DNA from: Anthoceros angustus
Taxonomy: Eukaryota; Plantae; Anthocerotophyta
NCBI GenBank assembly: GCA_010909165.1
Contig: MU008175.1
Coordinates: forward strand, 496,001 to 560,000
Direction of reading: 5' to 3'
Length of the DNA: 64,000 nucleotides
This document shows, one piece after another, positions 37,830 to 48,964 of this stretch (its first letter is position 1; every line of letters begins with the position of its first letter). The position numbers and the translations under genes are program-made. Below the pieces are notes generated by a model that did no database searches, was not told the origin of the DNA, and saw only the letters and a program-made list of their open reading frames with translations.

Positions 37830-40167
37830 TCAGGCAGGCACAGCTTCCCCTACAGACCCACTTGATGTGCCTAGAAATTCCCTGATGACGGCAAGAGTTT
37901 CTTCGATCTTTTCTTCGTGGGGCAAATGACCGCAATTCTTGATGAACTTGAACTGTGCTTTTGGGAACACCTTAGCCAACCGCTCAGCGTTCCATGGAGG
38001 AACTATTCGGTCCGAGTCTCCAGTCACAACCAAAACTTCAGACACACAAGCAACGAGGTAGTATGAGGCTTCTGCATCAAATACCAACCCTACACACTTC
38101 CTCGACAGACCACTCCATCAAACCCTGTTTCACAGCAAGCAATACTACAATGCAGACATGGCAGTATATATCCCTTTTACAAGTACCTGGACAGGTGATT
38201 TCGTTCAACCTCTGACTCAAAGGTCGCTCTCCATCAGAGCCAGCTGCAAGTGAGATCACAAATTCCAGCAGGGCCTTATCCCAGTCTCTGCATCCCAGTG
38301 GCTACAAAAACAGCGAGACCTGTTAAAGAGGTGACCCATTTGCATACTTTCGACTTCTTTAAGGATAACGAAGTCATGTCGTACCTTTGTGTAACCATCG
38401 ATCACATAGTCATCTGCCTTCAGTGGGTCAAACCAAGCATATCGCACAATCCACCGCCCACCCTTGTCCATTACAAATCGCAGCTGCAACATATGGATCC
38501 GACTGTTAGTAACTCTACTCTGAACACCAAACAAACAGGTGAAGAACATACCTTCCCACACTAAGATGAGGCCAATCGGACACTTACCAGCCATACGGCA
38601 AGGCTTGTTCGCAGAAGCCAAGACAGGGATTTCTTCGAGAGCAGCAGGAGGCTCCCTAAAGCACTCTTGAAGAACCCTACAAAAGCAAGAGCAACTCCCA
38701 CCAATGCACTCCAGACAGTAGAGAGACCTCTGAGAAAGCTGTTTGGCTTCTTTGGCGATGATTCTTGCTGTACTGAGTCATCTCGACTCTCGTCTGCTCG
38801 AACAAATTGATTGACCACCAGCGGGGCTATCAAAGCTGGTGCCAGCATAACAATAGCCGCCACTCGCTCTGGTGCTTCCAAGTAGGCATTAGCTGCCACA
38901 ATACAGCCTGCTGAATGCCTGCCGACTTCCACACACCCCATATTGATGTACAACTGTCAGCAGCAGCATACAAGGCAGACCATGGAAACAATTCAATACG
39001 ATAAAGAATGGGCCAAAGTCTTCTCAACCAAGCACTGATGCAGACCCCTTCCAAAAACGCAGGCCTACCCAATCAGAATAGCTTGCTGGGACTGCAGTAG
39101 ATCGATGAAAGAAAGGGCAGCCGCTGAAGAAAACCCAAGGCTATAAGGGTTCAGCAGGGAATTGTCCCGTTTCGCTGCAGCTTTCTCCCGAGCTCCAGCA
39201 GCAACTCTACTAAAGGGATGTGATGCACGAGATGTCAGACCAAAAGCTGGCCTATCAAATGCAAGCACTCTATTGTGCAGAAGCTTGGCTAGTGGCCTCA
39301 TAATCCTCTCATACGAGAATAAGCTGGCACCGAATCCATGTAGCAAAATGGCTGGAAGCGAATCGTTCCTGTCCACTGCGCCATCCTCGACAGCGATGCT
39401 CACCTCTGCCAAATCTGCTGTGACACGCTTCGGCCCAAAGGAAGCAGAAGGAGTCTCTTCCGGATCATTAGGATGAGACACTTTGTAGTGAAGTTGGACA
39501 CCGTAGAAGTCGGCAAATTTACTGTCAGGGTCCGCGAGCTGCCAAGGGTCCATGAGTTGGGATTGATCTATGCCCGCCACAGACTTCTTCAGCTTCTTGG
39601 AAATTGACCGTTTCCACCCTTCTGACACTGAATCTACATCCTCCACCCACGCATCAGATGATCCATCACTCCAAGAAGCCGCGCCATTGCTTGAAGAGCA
39701 GACTACTACAGAACTCAAATCCGAACTCCTCCCGCTCTGTTTTGGGAGGGGAAAAAAAAGGCGGGAGGTCTGGAACAACGGCGTCTCATCAGAAAAACCC
39801 ACAGATTCAGACCTCTCCTCTGACCAGCTCCCGGAAGCCATGGACAACTGTTGGCTCAAGATTTGCTAAACTAATGACCCCCTATGCAGATCGCTCACCT
39901 CAAGTCGGCTGCGACATTAGTACGAGCAGCTGACAATACGGTCAACCAGTCCCAGAGTAGAACCCACAAAACAGTCCAGTACTCCGATCCGGGCAAGATG
40001 AAGGATGCGAAATGCGCACACAGGAGAGGAGAGGCAGCTGGGGTGAGGAAACGTACACCGCAATGTGAGAGATTTGCACGGCACGAAAATGCTGACGAAT
40101 ACGGGGAAGACGACGCAGCGAGCTGCAGCGCCACGGCTGCAAACCCACCAACTGCGAAGCACGCCAT
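37830..40167 (-). CDS. Alpha/beta-hydrolase fold protein (multi-exon; 5' end uncertain, may start at 39841)
   Basis: ILLHGFGAS, VLAFDRPAFGLTSR, nucleophile IG|HSAG across intron 39067-38919, VTGDSDRIVP (acid) and CGHLPHEEK (His). Stop at 37830-37832. Confidence 0.88.
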
Positions 40168-40761
40168 GCCGCCACCTGACGGTCAGAATGAGGTCACACA
40201 GTAATTGAACGTCACCAAGAATGTCCCTAACTCCGATTGCAGCGACACTGGAGAAACTACAGTTCTTTTCAGCAGGACGTAAATACCGGGACTAATGTCA
40301 CCCATTCATCTTACCAGCTTCGTCATCACGCAAGCTGGTGGACAGCTTAATCGAAGCCGACCAATGAGCCTGAAACTCAACGTGGAATACTGAAATTTTA
40401 AATCATAACCTTTCCTTAAGGGAGAAACACATACTTTTATCGTCAAAGCCTAATTTGTCCAACAAATAAAGTGGATCGTTATGTACCTAATAAAGAGACG
40501 AGATGGTACCATCTGCAGCAAGACACTCTGAAACAAAAACCATGAAGAGCACCGTGAATTAGAGTATTACGTTTTAATCGAACCGAGAATCTTCTAATGC
40601 GCCAAACTTTCAAGCTCTGAGGAGAGCAAAATTTGGACACGCAATATTGGACACTTCCGTCTGAAGAAGGTCACAAAGTAGGAAAAGTGTAGCCTTGCTC
40701 CATGTGGGGATACTTTTGCTAACGAAGGTTAGCAGGGTGCACACTTATAATCTAATGTCGA

Positions 40762-42008
40762 TGTAGTACTGGGGTTCGTTCCACAAGGGACGGACTCGTG
40801 CTTATTCTGCCTAAGTTCCACAACTTCACGCCTAAACGGACTTCATCATCTTGAGTCCGGCGGAAACCGCGGAGCCCAGGCTTGTGCCACACGGCAACTC
40901 AACAGACCAGGCATGCGACCCACCGGACCTTCCCACAAGGCTCCGCTCAAGGTGTTTGGAAACACCATTTAAGGTCCGGCGAACTAGAACAGATTTATGG
41001 ACGCGTTCCTCCGTCTGTCACTGTACCCTAGCGCCTCTGTGCACAAACCTCCTTCACTCTACATCATCCAGCTCAAAACTCTCGACTCCCTTACAATAAC
41101 TCCAACACAATGCACAGGCCCATAGCACCTTCCTTCCTTCTTCCTTAATCACATAGCTAGTACCAGAAACACTGACATGCCGACGTATTCACACAGGACT
41201 ACCGTTGCTCCTTTTGACTGCTTCGAATCCGTGAGGTAGTGACTTCTCATCCTGCAACCCCACAGCCTCCGCCCCAGCCACCAAGGATGGCTCCGCGCCA
41301 AAGGTCACCTCCACAGCGCCACCTGAGCCCAATTTTGACCCTGGTCTGCACCCATCAAGCATGTTAGCGGAGCTCATCAGTAGAGCTCTCGACACATTCC
41401 CCTACCACCAATTGATCCTGCAAGATGACATAGGAACACACTCAGCTCCTCAAGCACAAGACGACGAGAGCACAGAAAGCGCCAGATTGGCACAAGGAAT
41501 AGTTTATTGGTCTTGGGCACTAAGGCCTCCTTATATAGCCCCACTGAGGCTTACATCTAGATAGCAACCCCCCAACCCTAGAGGCTGCATCTCGATAGCA
41601 AAATTGGTTGGACCTGCCAGCTCACCCTAATCTAACTAGCCTATATATGTGCGAGCCAGATCGCAAAATCTCTAACTCCCACCACCATCTATGATGGCGC
41701 CTGGCATGTTGATGCATACCCTTAGCCCTGGGGCGCCGCAACCTGGTAGTAGCTCATCATTCCTTGACCTTCTTCCACCGGCCCACACCCGCGGTGCTGA
41801 GTCAGGTCTGGGACTCGCCCGCTGGCCAGGACCATCCTGACCACTCCCGACGGACCAACTCCACCGAGGCATACTTCAATAGACTTATTCCAGGAAGCCT
41901 CCCCTTAGCGGACATATCTCCCTCGCCGGACCGCCCCATCTCGACGGACCAATCCAGCGCTCGCCGGTTCACCTCGGTCCTCGACAAACCGAGGGTCTAG
42001 GGATTACA
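40762..42008 (-). mobile_element. Possible solo LTR
   Basis: Non-coding ~1.25 kb bounded by TGTA...TACA (minus strand starts TGTAATCCCTAGACC), with an internal CTATATAAG TATA-like motif at ~41530. No TSD found. Confidence 0.3.
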
Positions 42009-43220
42009 CTCTAAGTGCAACCTGGCCAAAAATGGCCTTATAGGCTGACTCCACCCTATCCCTATTAAAAAATAACAGCTCAAAAGAAACAAAATGAGCA
42101 TAAAACAAGCCATCGGGGTTATCAGCATTAAATTTGGCACTCTACACTCCATATTGCGTAGGTGGTAGGCCTTGGCACATCCCTTTATAAACTTGTGGAA
42201 TTCCTTCTAGTAGCTCCGTAGATTTCATAAGCAAGAGAGACAAGGTGGCTTTGTTGCATGACCAAGTACATACGCGAAGACCTGTCACTTGTCTCCATTC
42301 GCAGCTCATTCAGAAGACTTGAGGATGACGTGCTCTATGACAGGATCGTCTCGAGTGGCACCTGTAACTCATACCCACCACAAAGACTTATCCACAAGGA
42401 TTACAAGATCTAAGTATATATTTTAGTATTAAAATAATGTGGCGGGAGAAACACATTGCCGTTAATGTGAGACCGCCCTAAAATTAATGGTAGCGGGGCT
42501 ACATATTTCGGGCAGAACATAATCACATCATTCAAGTTTGTATCCTTGGCCTCCATTTTTCGTGACAAGAACTCGTCCCTAAGGTCGCGTACAAACCGTG
42601 TCTTGACTTTCCTGAGCTTGGATTGGTCAGACATGTATCCCACTTTTTTGCTGGTGCGGGTTCTCTCAATGTGTCCGATTCACGAGATGTGCGGTGTGTG
42701 GCGGCGGCGAGGCGGTATGGGTGCATGATGATGATGTGACACCGTGGGATCGGCGTCGCAAGGCGCCTTGCGTTTCACATGCATTAGCGCAGAGCACGCA
42801 CGACATCGGCTTCCCCGCCCACCGAAAACACCGGCCACACCCGGGTTGGGCTTGCTCCACCCTCTTGTCGGCCTGTGTGAGTTACAATCCTCAGGCGGCC
42901 ATGCGGCGTTGGCCAGCGGCCGTGTGGGTCCTGGTCACTGCTTGCTTGGAAGCCCTTGGTACCATACCCCCACCCCGCCTCCCCTCCTCCTCCGCCTCCC
43001 TCCCCTCCCCTCCCCTCCCCTCCCCTCCCCTCCTCCTCCTCCTCCTCCTCCTCCTCCTCCACACCCACTGCCCAACCATGCAAGGGCACCTCACCTCGGG
43101 ACTGCCCAGCCCCAACACTGCACCTCCTCACTCTCCCAGAACCCCTGTTACATTCAACCCTACTCAAGTTGCCCCCCCCAACCTACGCCATGCAGCCGAA
43201 GTCTCCTCACAACTGTTCTT

Positions 43221-43541
43221 ATGACACATGCTCCTCGCTTCACATTGGTGTATGCTGAGCTCTATGGTGTCAAATGCTGCCCGTTTTGCGGCAACAAGTT
43301 CTTTAATGTCGACCTTCTACAGCCCCACCTATTCCACCATTCAACAAGGCGGTTGGGCGGCCACAGATATGCACCCCGCAACACTCCCTTTTGTCCTAAA
43401 TTACTTGGGCACTACCATGCCTCTGCCGCTACTACTGCACCAGGGTGTGTGCATGGTTTGGTGCCACACTTTTGTGCCATATGGCAAAGTACATTTGGCT
43501 ATCTTGTGATAGAGTGTGAATGGTGTGAATATGAATTTTGA
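43221..43541 (+). CDS. Small intronless ORF (106 aa; open upstream to 42744) with one canonical C2H2 zinc finger and a Cys/His-rich tail
   Basis: CPFCGNKFFNVDLLQPHLFHH fits C-x2-C-x3-F-x5-L-x2-H-x3-H exactly; ends CEWCEYEF*. Confidence 0.5.
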   Translation: MTHAPRFTLVYAELYGVKCCPFCGNKFFNVDLLQPHLFHHSTRRLGGHRYAPRNTPFCPKLLGHYHASAATTAPGCVHGLVPHFCAIWQSTFGYLVIECEWCEYEF

Positions 43542-43587
43542 ATGATTTACTTTTATATATTTTATCATGTATTCTTATCTTATAGTA

Positions 43588-43655
<68 letters not shown>
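43588..43655. repeat. (TAT)n microsatellite
   Basis: Read directly. Confidence 0.95.
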
Positions 43656-43656
<1 letters not shown>

Positions 43657-43935
43657 CTTTATTATTATCTTTAACTTTTTACTTTTTACTTTAACCATAA
43701 AACTTAACTTTGGGTAAGTCTAAATCACCTCACTTACGCTGACAATTGTGCCGTGGTTCGACATCGATTGGCCCCACCTCTCTCCTTCCTCCGATCCTCA
43801 CTTCGCCTCCCCTCCTCCTCCTCGCTGCGGTCCGCTTGTGCTGCCCGGCCGCTTGTTCCCATGGCTCTAGGAGCACTCATCGTTTAAGGAAGCTAATTTG
43901 AAGCGGCAGGCCAAGGTCAGGTAAGATCTACGCCC

Positions 43936-44578
43936 GTGATCGATGCCGAACGAGATACTCCTACCTTCAGGGCCAAGGTATGGAATTGGCACGATGGTGA
44001 TGGGAAGCTCCACGAGAAAGGCTTGGACGTTCGAAACGACAAGTTTTTGATGGGTTTGAAGGAGAGACTGGGAGGGCCGGACGTGTTGTCTGATGCCTTT
44101 AGCAAGGTACGAAACGAGAACATAGGCTTTGTATGGCAAGGTACGAAACGAGAACATAGGCTTTGTATGGCACGGTACGAAACGAGAACATAGGCTTTGT
44201 ATGGCAAGGTACGAAACGAGAACATAGGCTTTGTATGGCAAGGTACGAAACGAGAACATAGGCTTTGTATGGCAAAGCACCGACACACTCTCACCTCAGG
44301 ATTGGAGGCACGTAGATGATCTATTATACCACATCTATGGGAAACGCCCAAGCAGGTGCAACTCTCAGCGGGTGCCCAGGTCCATGGCTTTGGGGCTTTT
44401 GGTAGAGAAGAAATTGTGCAAAGCTGTGAGCTGGGCGGCCTTCCTTTTGAAGACTGAGGTGAAGAAAGAGGCGAAGGAGGCAAAGGAGGCGAAGAAGAAG
44501 AACACTGGGATGGAAGAGAAGGAGGTGCAAGTTGAAGAAATGGCATCGGAGGAGGACAAGGACCGTTATTCTCCATAG
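43936..44578 (+). pseudogene. Unknown, probably TE-derived ORF frameshifted by a 34-bp tandem expansion
   Basis: ORFs 43936-44193 and 44231-44578 join into one reading frame (..DAFSKVRNENIGFVWQSTDTLSPQDW..) if four of the five repeat copies are removed. Confidence 0.55.
44103..44272 (+). repeat. 5 x 34-bp tandem repeat CAAGGTACGAAACGAGAACATAGGCTTTGTATGG
   Basis: Units start at 44103, 44137, 44171, 44205 and 44239; one substitution in copy 3. Confidence 0.97.
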
Positions 44579-44909
44579 GGCCGGTTAGCCTGGCTCGTGA
44601 CGAGGTCACAGAGCTGAGCCGCTTGCTCCTCCCTCCTCCCTCCTAAGGCTTCTAAAGCCTCTTCTACTCCAGGTGATCATGAGGTAGAACGGGAGTCGAT
44701 AGGAGTGGAGGCCGCATTTGGTGACGCTGGGGCAGAGCAGTTACACAATTCCAATGAGCAGCCAACTGCAGCGGAAGACCTTAGAGACATCATCGGCAAA
44801 GGTTCGTCTTCTCAGGGTTGCATGAGGTGTTGCAACTTTACGGGGCCGAACAACATAGGCGGGGTCTCGGGACTCGACATGGGTGGACGGATGCTGATGT
44901 TGGGGCACC

Positions 44910-45960
44910 TGTGGCTGGTGATATGGTGCTAACCTAATTGTGGATGCAGGATATTGGATAGATTGGCTGGAGGATGGTGGTGCTGGTGATTTCCTGCTGA
45001 TGTATGGGTGCTGGTGGTTTGGCTTGGATGCTAATGTTGCTGGTAACTGGATGTCGGCTGCTTTTTGGCGCTAGTCTTCCGCCGGCCGGCATGATTTCGA
45101 ACCTGTGATTTCATGCGCTTGGTGGCTCATTGCTTGTTGCTCTTGTGCCATTCGACAAGGCTCACCTCTTTTCAGGCTAATGTCCTGCTTCTTATTCTAG
45201 CGTTCTACTTTGTCGTGGCTGTAAGGGCTTGGTGCTGGTGGTAATAATCTATTGACGTTGGTGGATGTTGGATTCAAGCTAATTCGTCGTGGCTGGTGAT
45301 TTGGTGCTAACCTAGTGGTGGATGCAGGATGTTGAATAGATTTGCTGCAGGCATTCGGTGCTGGTGATTTCCTGTTGATGTATGGGTGCTGGTGGTATGG
45401 GTTGGATGCTGATGTTCCGGTAACCCGATGCCGGATAGCTTCTTCTCACGCCTCTCCGCCACAGTTGTTTCGAGAACCGTGATTGCACTTAGTTGGGGCC
45501 GTGGCCTGCTATTTTTGTTGCTCTTGTGCCGCCCATCTTGGACAGGGCTTACCTCTTTTCAGGCTGATGTCCTGCTTCTTATTCTAGCATTCTAATCCGT
45601 CGTGGCTGTAAGGGCTTGGTGCTAGTGGTAATCTAATGACGCTGGTGTATGTTGGATGCAAGCATAGGTATTGGATGCTGATTCTGGTGGTAATTATCTT
45701 ATTGTACTGTGCTTCCATGATTTCCTCTTTTCAGGCTGATGTCTTGCTTCATCTTCCAGCGTTCTACGGTCGTCGAATTTGTTAGGGCTTGGTGCATGCG
45801 TATGCTATGTGTGGCTACCGGATTTAAGCATAGGTGGTGGCTGCTGAAGGGGGTGCTAGTTGTCTAACCTTGCTTAGATCTAATTTCCTCTGTTCAGGCT
45901 CTTGTCCCACTTCGTCTCGTAGCGTGCATAAATCGTTGGGGGTGTTAGGGCTTGGTGCAT
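44910..45960. repeat. Diverged ~380-bp direct repeats with a shorter sub-repeat (CCTCTTTTCAGGCTGATGTC...GGGCTTGGTGC), GT-skewed
   Basis: GTGGCTGGTGATwTGGTGCTAACCTA at ~44910 and ~45288; sub-repeat at ~45165, 45552, 45724 and 45887. Confidence 0.8.
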
Positions 45961-46261
45961 GCTGTTGCAACTCTGCTCATGCTGTATGATGGTGCTAAGG
46001 GCTCGTTGCTGATGCTGGTTCTATTGTGGATGCTGATCTGGTGTAATCGGGTGCTTGTTGTCTTGTGTACTCCTGGAAGGTTGTTGAGAGGTAGGCAGTG
46101 AAGGGTTCGGTCACTTAAGAGTTTTGGTATGTCTGCCTGGCTCTACATATATTATGAAACCTAGATGCTATTGATGTTTTGGTTTTTCAAGAGATGGGAT
46201 CTTGCAGATGAGTCCGGAAAGCCGTTTTTTCATGCTGTTCCTTGTTCATTATTAATGTCAA

Positions 46262-46727
46262 TAATCACAAAAATATGATTGGAAGCCATTTAAAACAGCA
46301 TGCGATGACGTGGCTCCCTTGTTGTAGATTACGTTGTAAAGCCTTTTTCTCAAAATTTGTTCTTTATTTCTTCAAAACTCTTTATTATTATTATTATTAA
46401 TCACAAAATTCTGATTGGAGGCCATTTGCAACAGCGATTGATGATGTGGCTTCCTTGTTGTAGATTACGTTGTAAAATATTTCTCAAAATGTGTTCTTTT
46501 TTTTTTTAACTCTTTACTATTAATCACAAAAGTATGATTGGAGGCCATTTACAATAGCGATTGATGACGTGGCTCCCTTGTTGTAGATTACGTTGTAAAG
46601 AATCTTTCTCAAAATGTGTTCTTTATTTTTTTAAACTCTTTATTATTGTTATTAATCACAAAAAATATGATTGGTGGCCATTTACAACAGTGATTGATAA
46701 CGTGGCTCCCTTGTTATAGATTACGTT
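46262..46727. repeat. ~125-135-bp AT-rich tandem repeat, ~3.6 copies
   Basis: TAATCACAAAA..TGATTGG..GCCATTT..GATGACGTGGCTCCCTTGTTGTAGATTACGTTGTAAA units at 46262, 46398, 46521 and 46653. Confidence 0.92.
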
Positions 46728-47570
46728 TGTGGAACGTAATAGTACTGGATCAAGTTCGTTCATTTCGGACCAGGACCGAACTCGTTTGGTTGAGAATTGA
46801 TTAGGGAAGACATGCCGGCATTCTTTTTGTTCCTGTTGAAGCTGGAAGTATAAAGGATTGTTAGGTAGGCATAGGGGATACTGAGGGGAAAAGAAACGGT
46901 CCAAAATGACCCCGCAGTGAAGCAGGTAGGTAGCCTAAAGGGGCGGTAGGCTAACAACCTACCACCGTAGGCTGCCACCCTACGCCGGTAGGTTGAGGAA
47001 GTCTGAGGAGCGCGGACAGACTACCGCGGCAGGCTACCGTCATAGGTTGAGAACGTTTCGAATAGGAAAAAGGAATTTATGAGCAGGATATATCTACAAT
47101 ATATGCCCACTAATGGGAAGTTAGATAAATAGGCTAAAATAGGGAATAATTAATTAGGGACCTATTAGTTAGAAGGTAATTAATTAGCGGCCGAAATTGA
47201 ATAGGAAAATAGGTAATCAAGGGAGGAAAAAAAGTATTTTAGGATGGTGAACCCAATCTAGGGTTGAGAGGCATTCACATGGCGAACATCTGGGGGAAGA
47301 AAGTCCAGTTTGGGCAGCACCATCTCTCACCTCCAACTGGAGCATCTCCACTTCGCGCGAAGAACTGGTGCTTGAGCATGAAGAGGAAGAGAAGAAGGAA
47401 GGAAGGCGCCATCACCGCGATCGAATTGAGAGAAGAAGGAGACTGGGCACGGGCTGGAAGAAAGGAGGAAAACCCTAGCTGCGAACTGAGCTCAGGGGAG
47501 AAGACGAAGGAGGAAAAGAGGGAGGCGCCAGGGACCGTGGAGCGAGGCCCTACTAGAAAAGGCAGCCTAT
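46728..47570. mobile_element. Probable LTR-like insertion fragment interrupting the 130-bp repeat
   Basis: The fourth repeat unit stops abruptly at TTACGTT|TGTGGAACG and composition changes; right boundary approximate. Confidence 0.35.
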
Positions 47571-48012
47571 GTTACAGTCCTTATTGCAATTTCATGTTAC
47601 ACTTCCAAATTGCAACATGCTATTTAGGCTTGGTATTAAGATTGACACTATTTTCTTCTCATGCTGTCACCATCTTAACATGAACCTGGCTCTCTCTCTC
47701 ATCACCTCATCCTCTTAAGTACAACCTCCCTCTCGCTAGCATTGTTTATGATTTCAAACATATACAATGAAAACTTGTTATGTTATAGTCCTTGTTGCAA
47801 TTTCATGTAACACTTTCCATGGGGAACACTCAAAAAGTTAGGTGGCTTGGTGTTAAGTTTGTGATTCTCTCCTCCACCTTCTCTCACCATCTTAACAACA
47901 TACAAGTGGTCTCCTGACCCTACACCTTGCCATTAAGAGCTTATCATGAAGTTTGTTGGTTTGGTGTTAAGTTTGTGATTTTCTTTTCCACTTTCTCTTA
48001 CCATCTTAACAA
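47571..48012. repeat. Diverged ~210-bp repeats with GGTGTTAAG...CTTAACA sub-repeats; related sequence recurs at 48855-48960
   Basis: TGTTAyAGTCCTTrTTGCAATTTCATGT at 47571 and 47781; CCATCTTAACA recurs at ~47670, 47887, 48001 and 48921. Confidence 0.7.
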
Positions 48013-48964
48013 TATGCTCCTGGTCTCTCCTTTCACATCACACCCTTAGTTACTGCTCCAGTATGACACCCATTTCTTTATTGTTTCCCTCTGTGTGTTG
48101 CAATATGTTTGTGACAATGAGCTCCCCTCTCCCACCAGTATTTTATTCTTCCCCTCTTGCTTCTCATATATAGCAGTTTAGAGTACCTCTATCTCTCCCA
48201 CTGTGGGTGTCATTCTCTTTCCATCTTACCTCCTTTGCATAGCCATGCATTAATGGTTAATGTACCTTCCCTCTTCAATGCACCCTTGTGTCCACTCCTG
48301 GTTTTTGTTTTCAAGCCCCATGTACACAGCTGAAACCCTTGCTATAACCTAACCATGTATAGTAGGATTCTACATTATTTATATGTCTATCTATATACGG
48401 TTGGCCGACTTGTTATGTATAATCCTATATATGTATATATATATATATATATGTATATAATGAATACATACTCTTTATGTATAGGTACAAATTCATAGAT
48501 ATCTAACCATGGCATAGTTATAAGTATACACCTCATAGATTAATATGTACCTCATCATATTTACCACCAAATGCGACACATGCATTACGTTTCTTCAAAC
48601 GCCCCTTTGTGCGTTTTCCCCAATCTAGACTTCCCAATCCGGACTTTCGCTTCTTATACTGTATAAATGCGGCACATATGCCATAGTTTTCGAGTTCATT
48701 CCACACCTAAAACATATCGAATACAATGCGCTACGAAATATGGAATGCCGCTCTACATGTGTGGCGCTGCTATGCGATCTCCCTTCATGTTGTGATCGAC
48801 CATCGCCCGTCCTCGGCCCAAGCAGCGTGCGCAGTTCATTCGCACCAAGCACTCCACCTCCACCTTCTCTCACCTCCACCTTCTCTCACCTCCACCTTCT
48901 CTCACCTCCACCTTCTCTCACCATCTTAACAACATGCAAGTGGTCTCGACCTTACACCTTGGTC

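Noticed and set aside
42240-42412. Protein-like fragment LCCMTKYIREDLSLVSIRSSFRRLEDDVLYDRIV
   Set aside because: Short, with no start codon or diagnostic motif; cannot be assigned.
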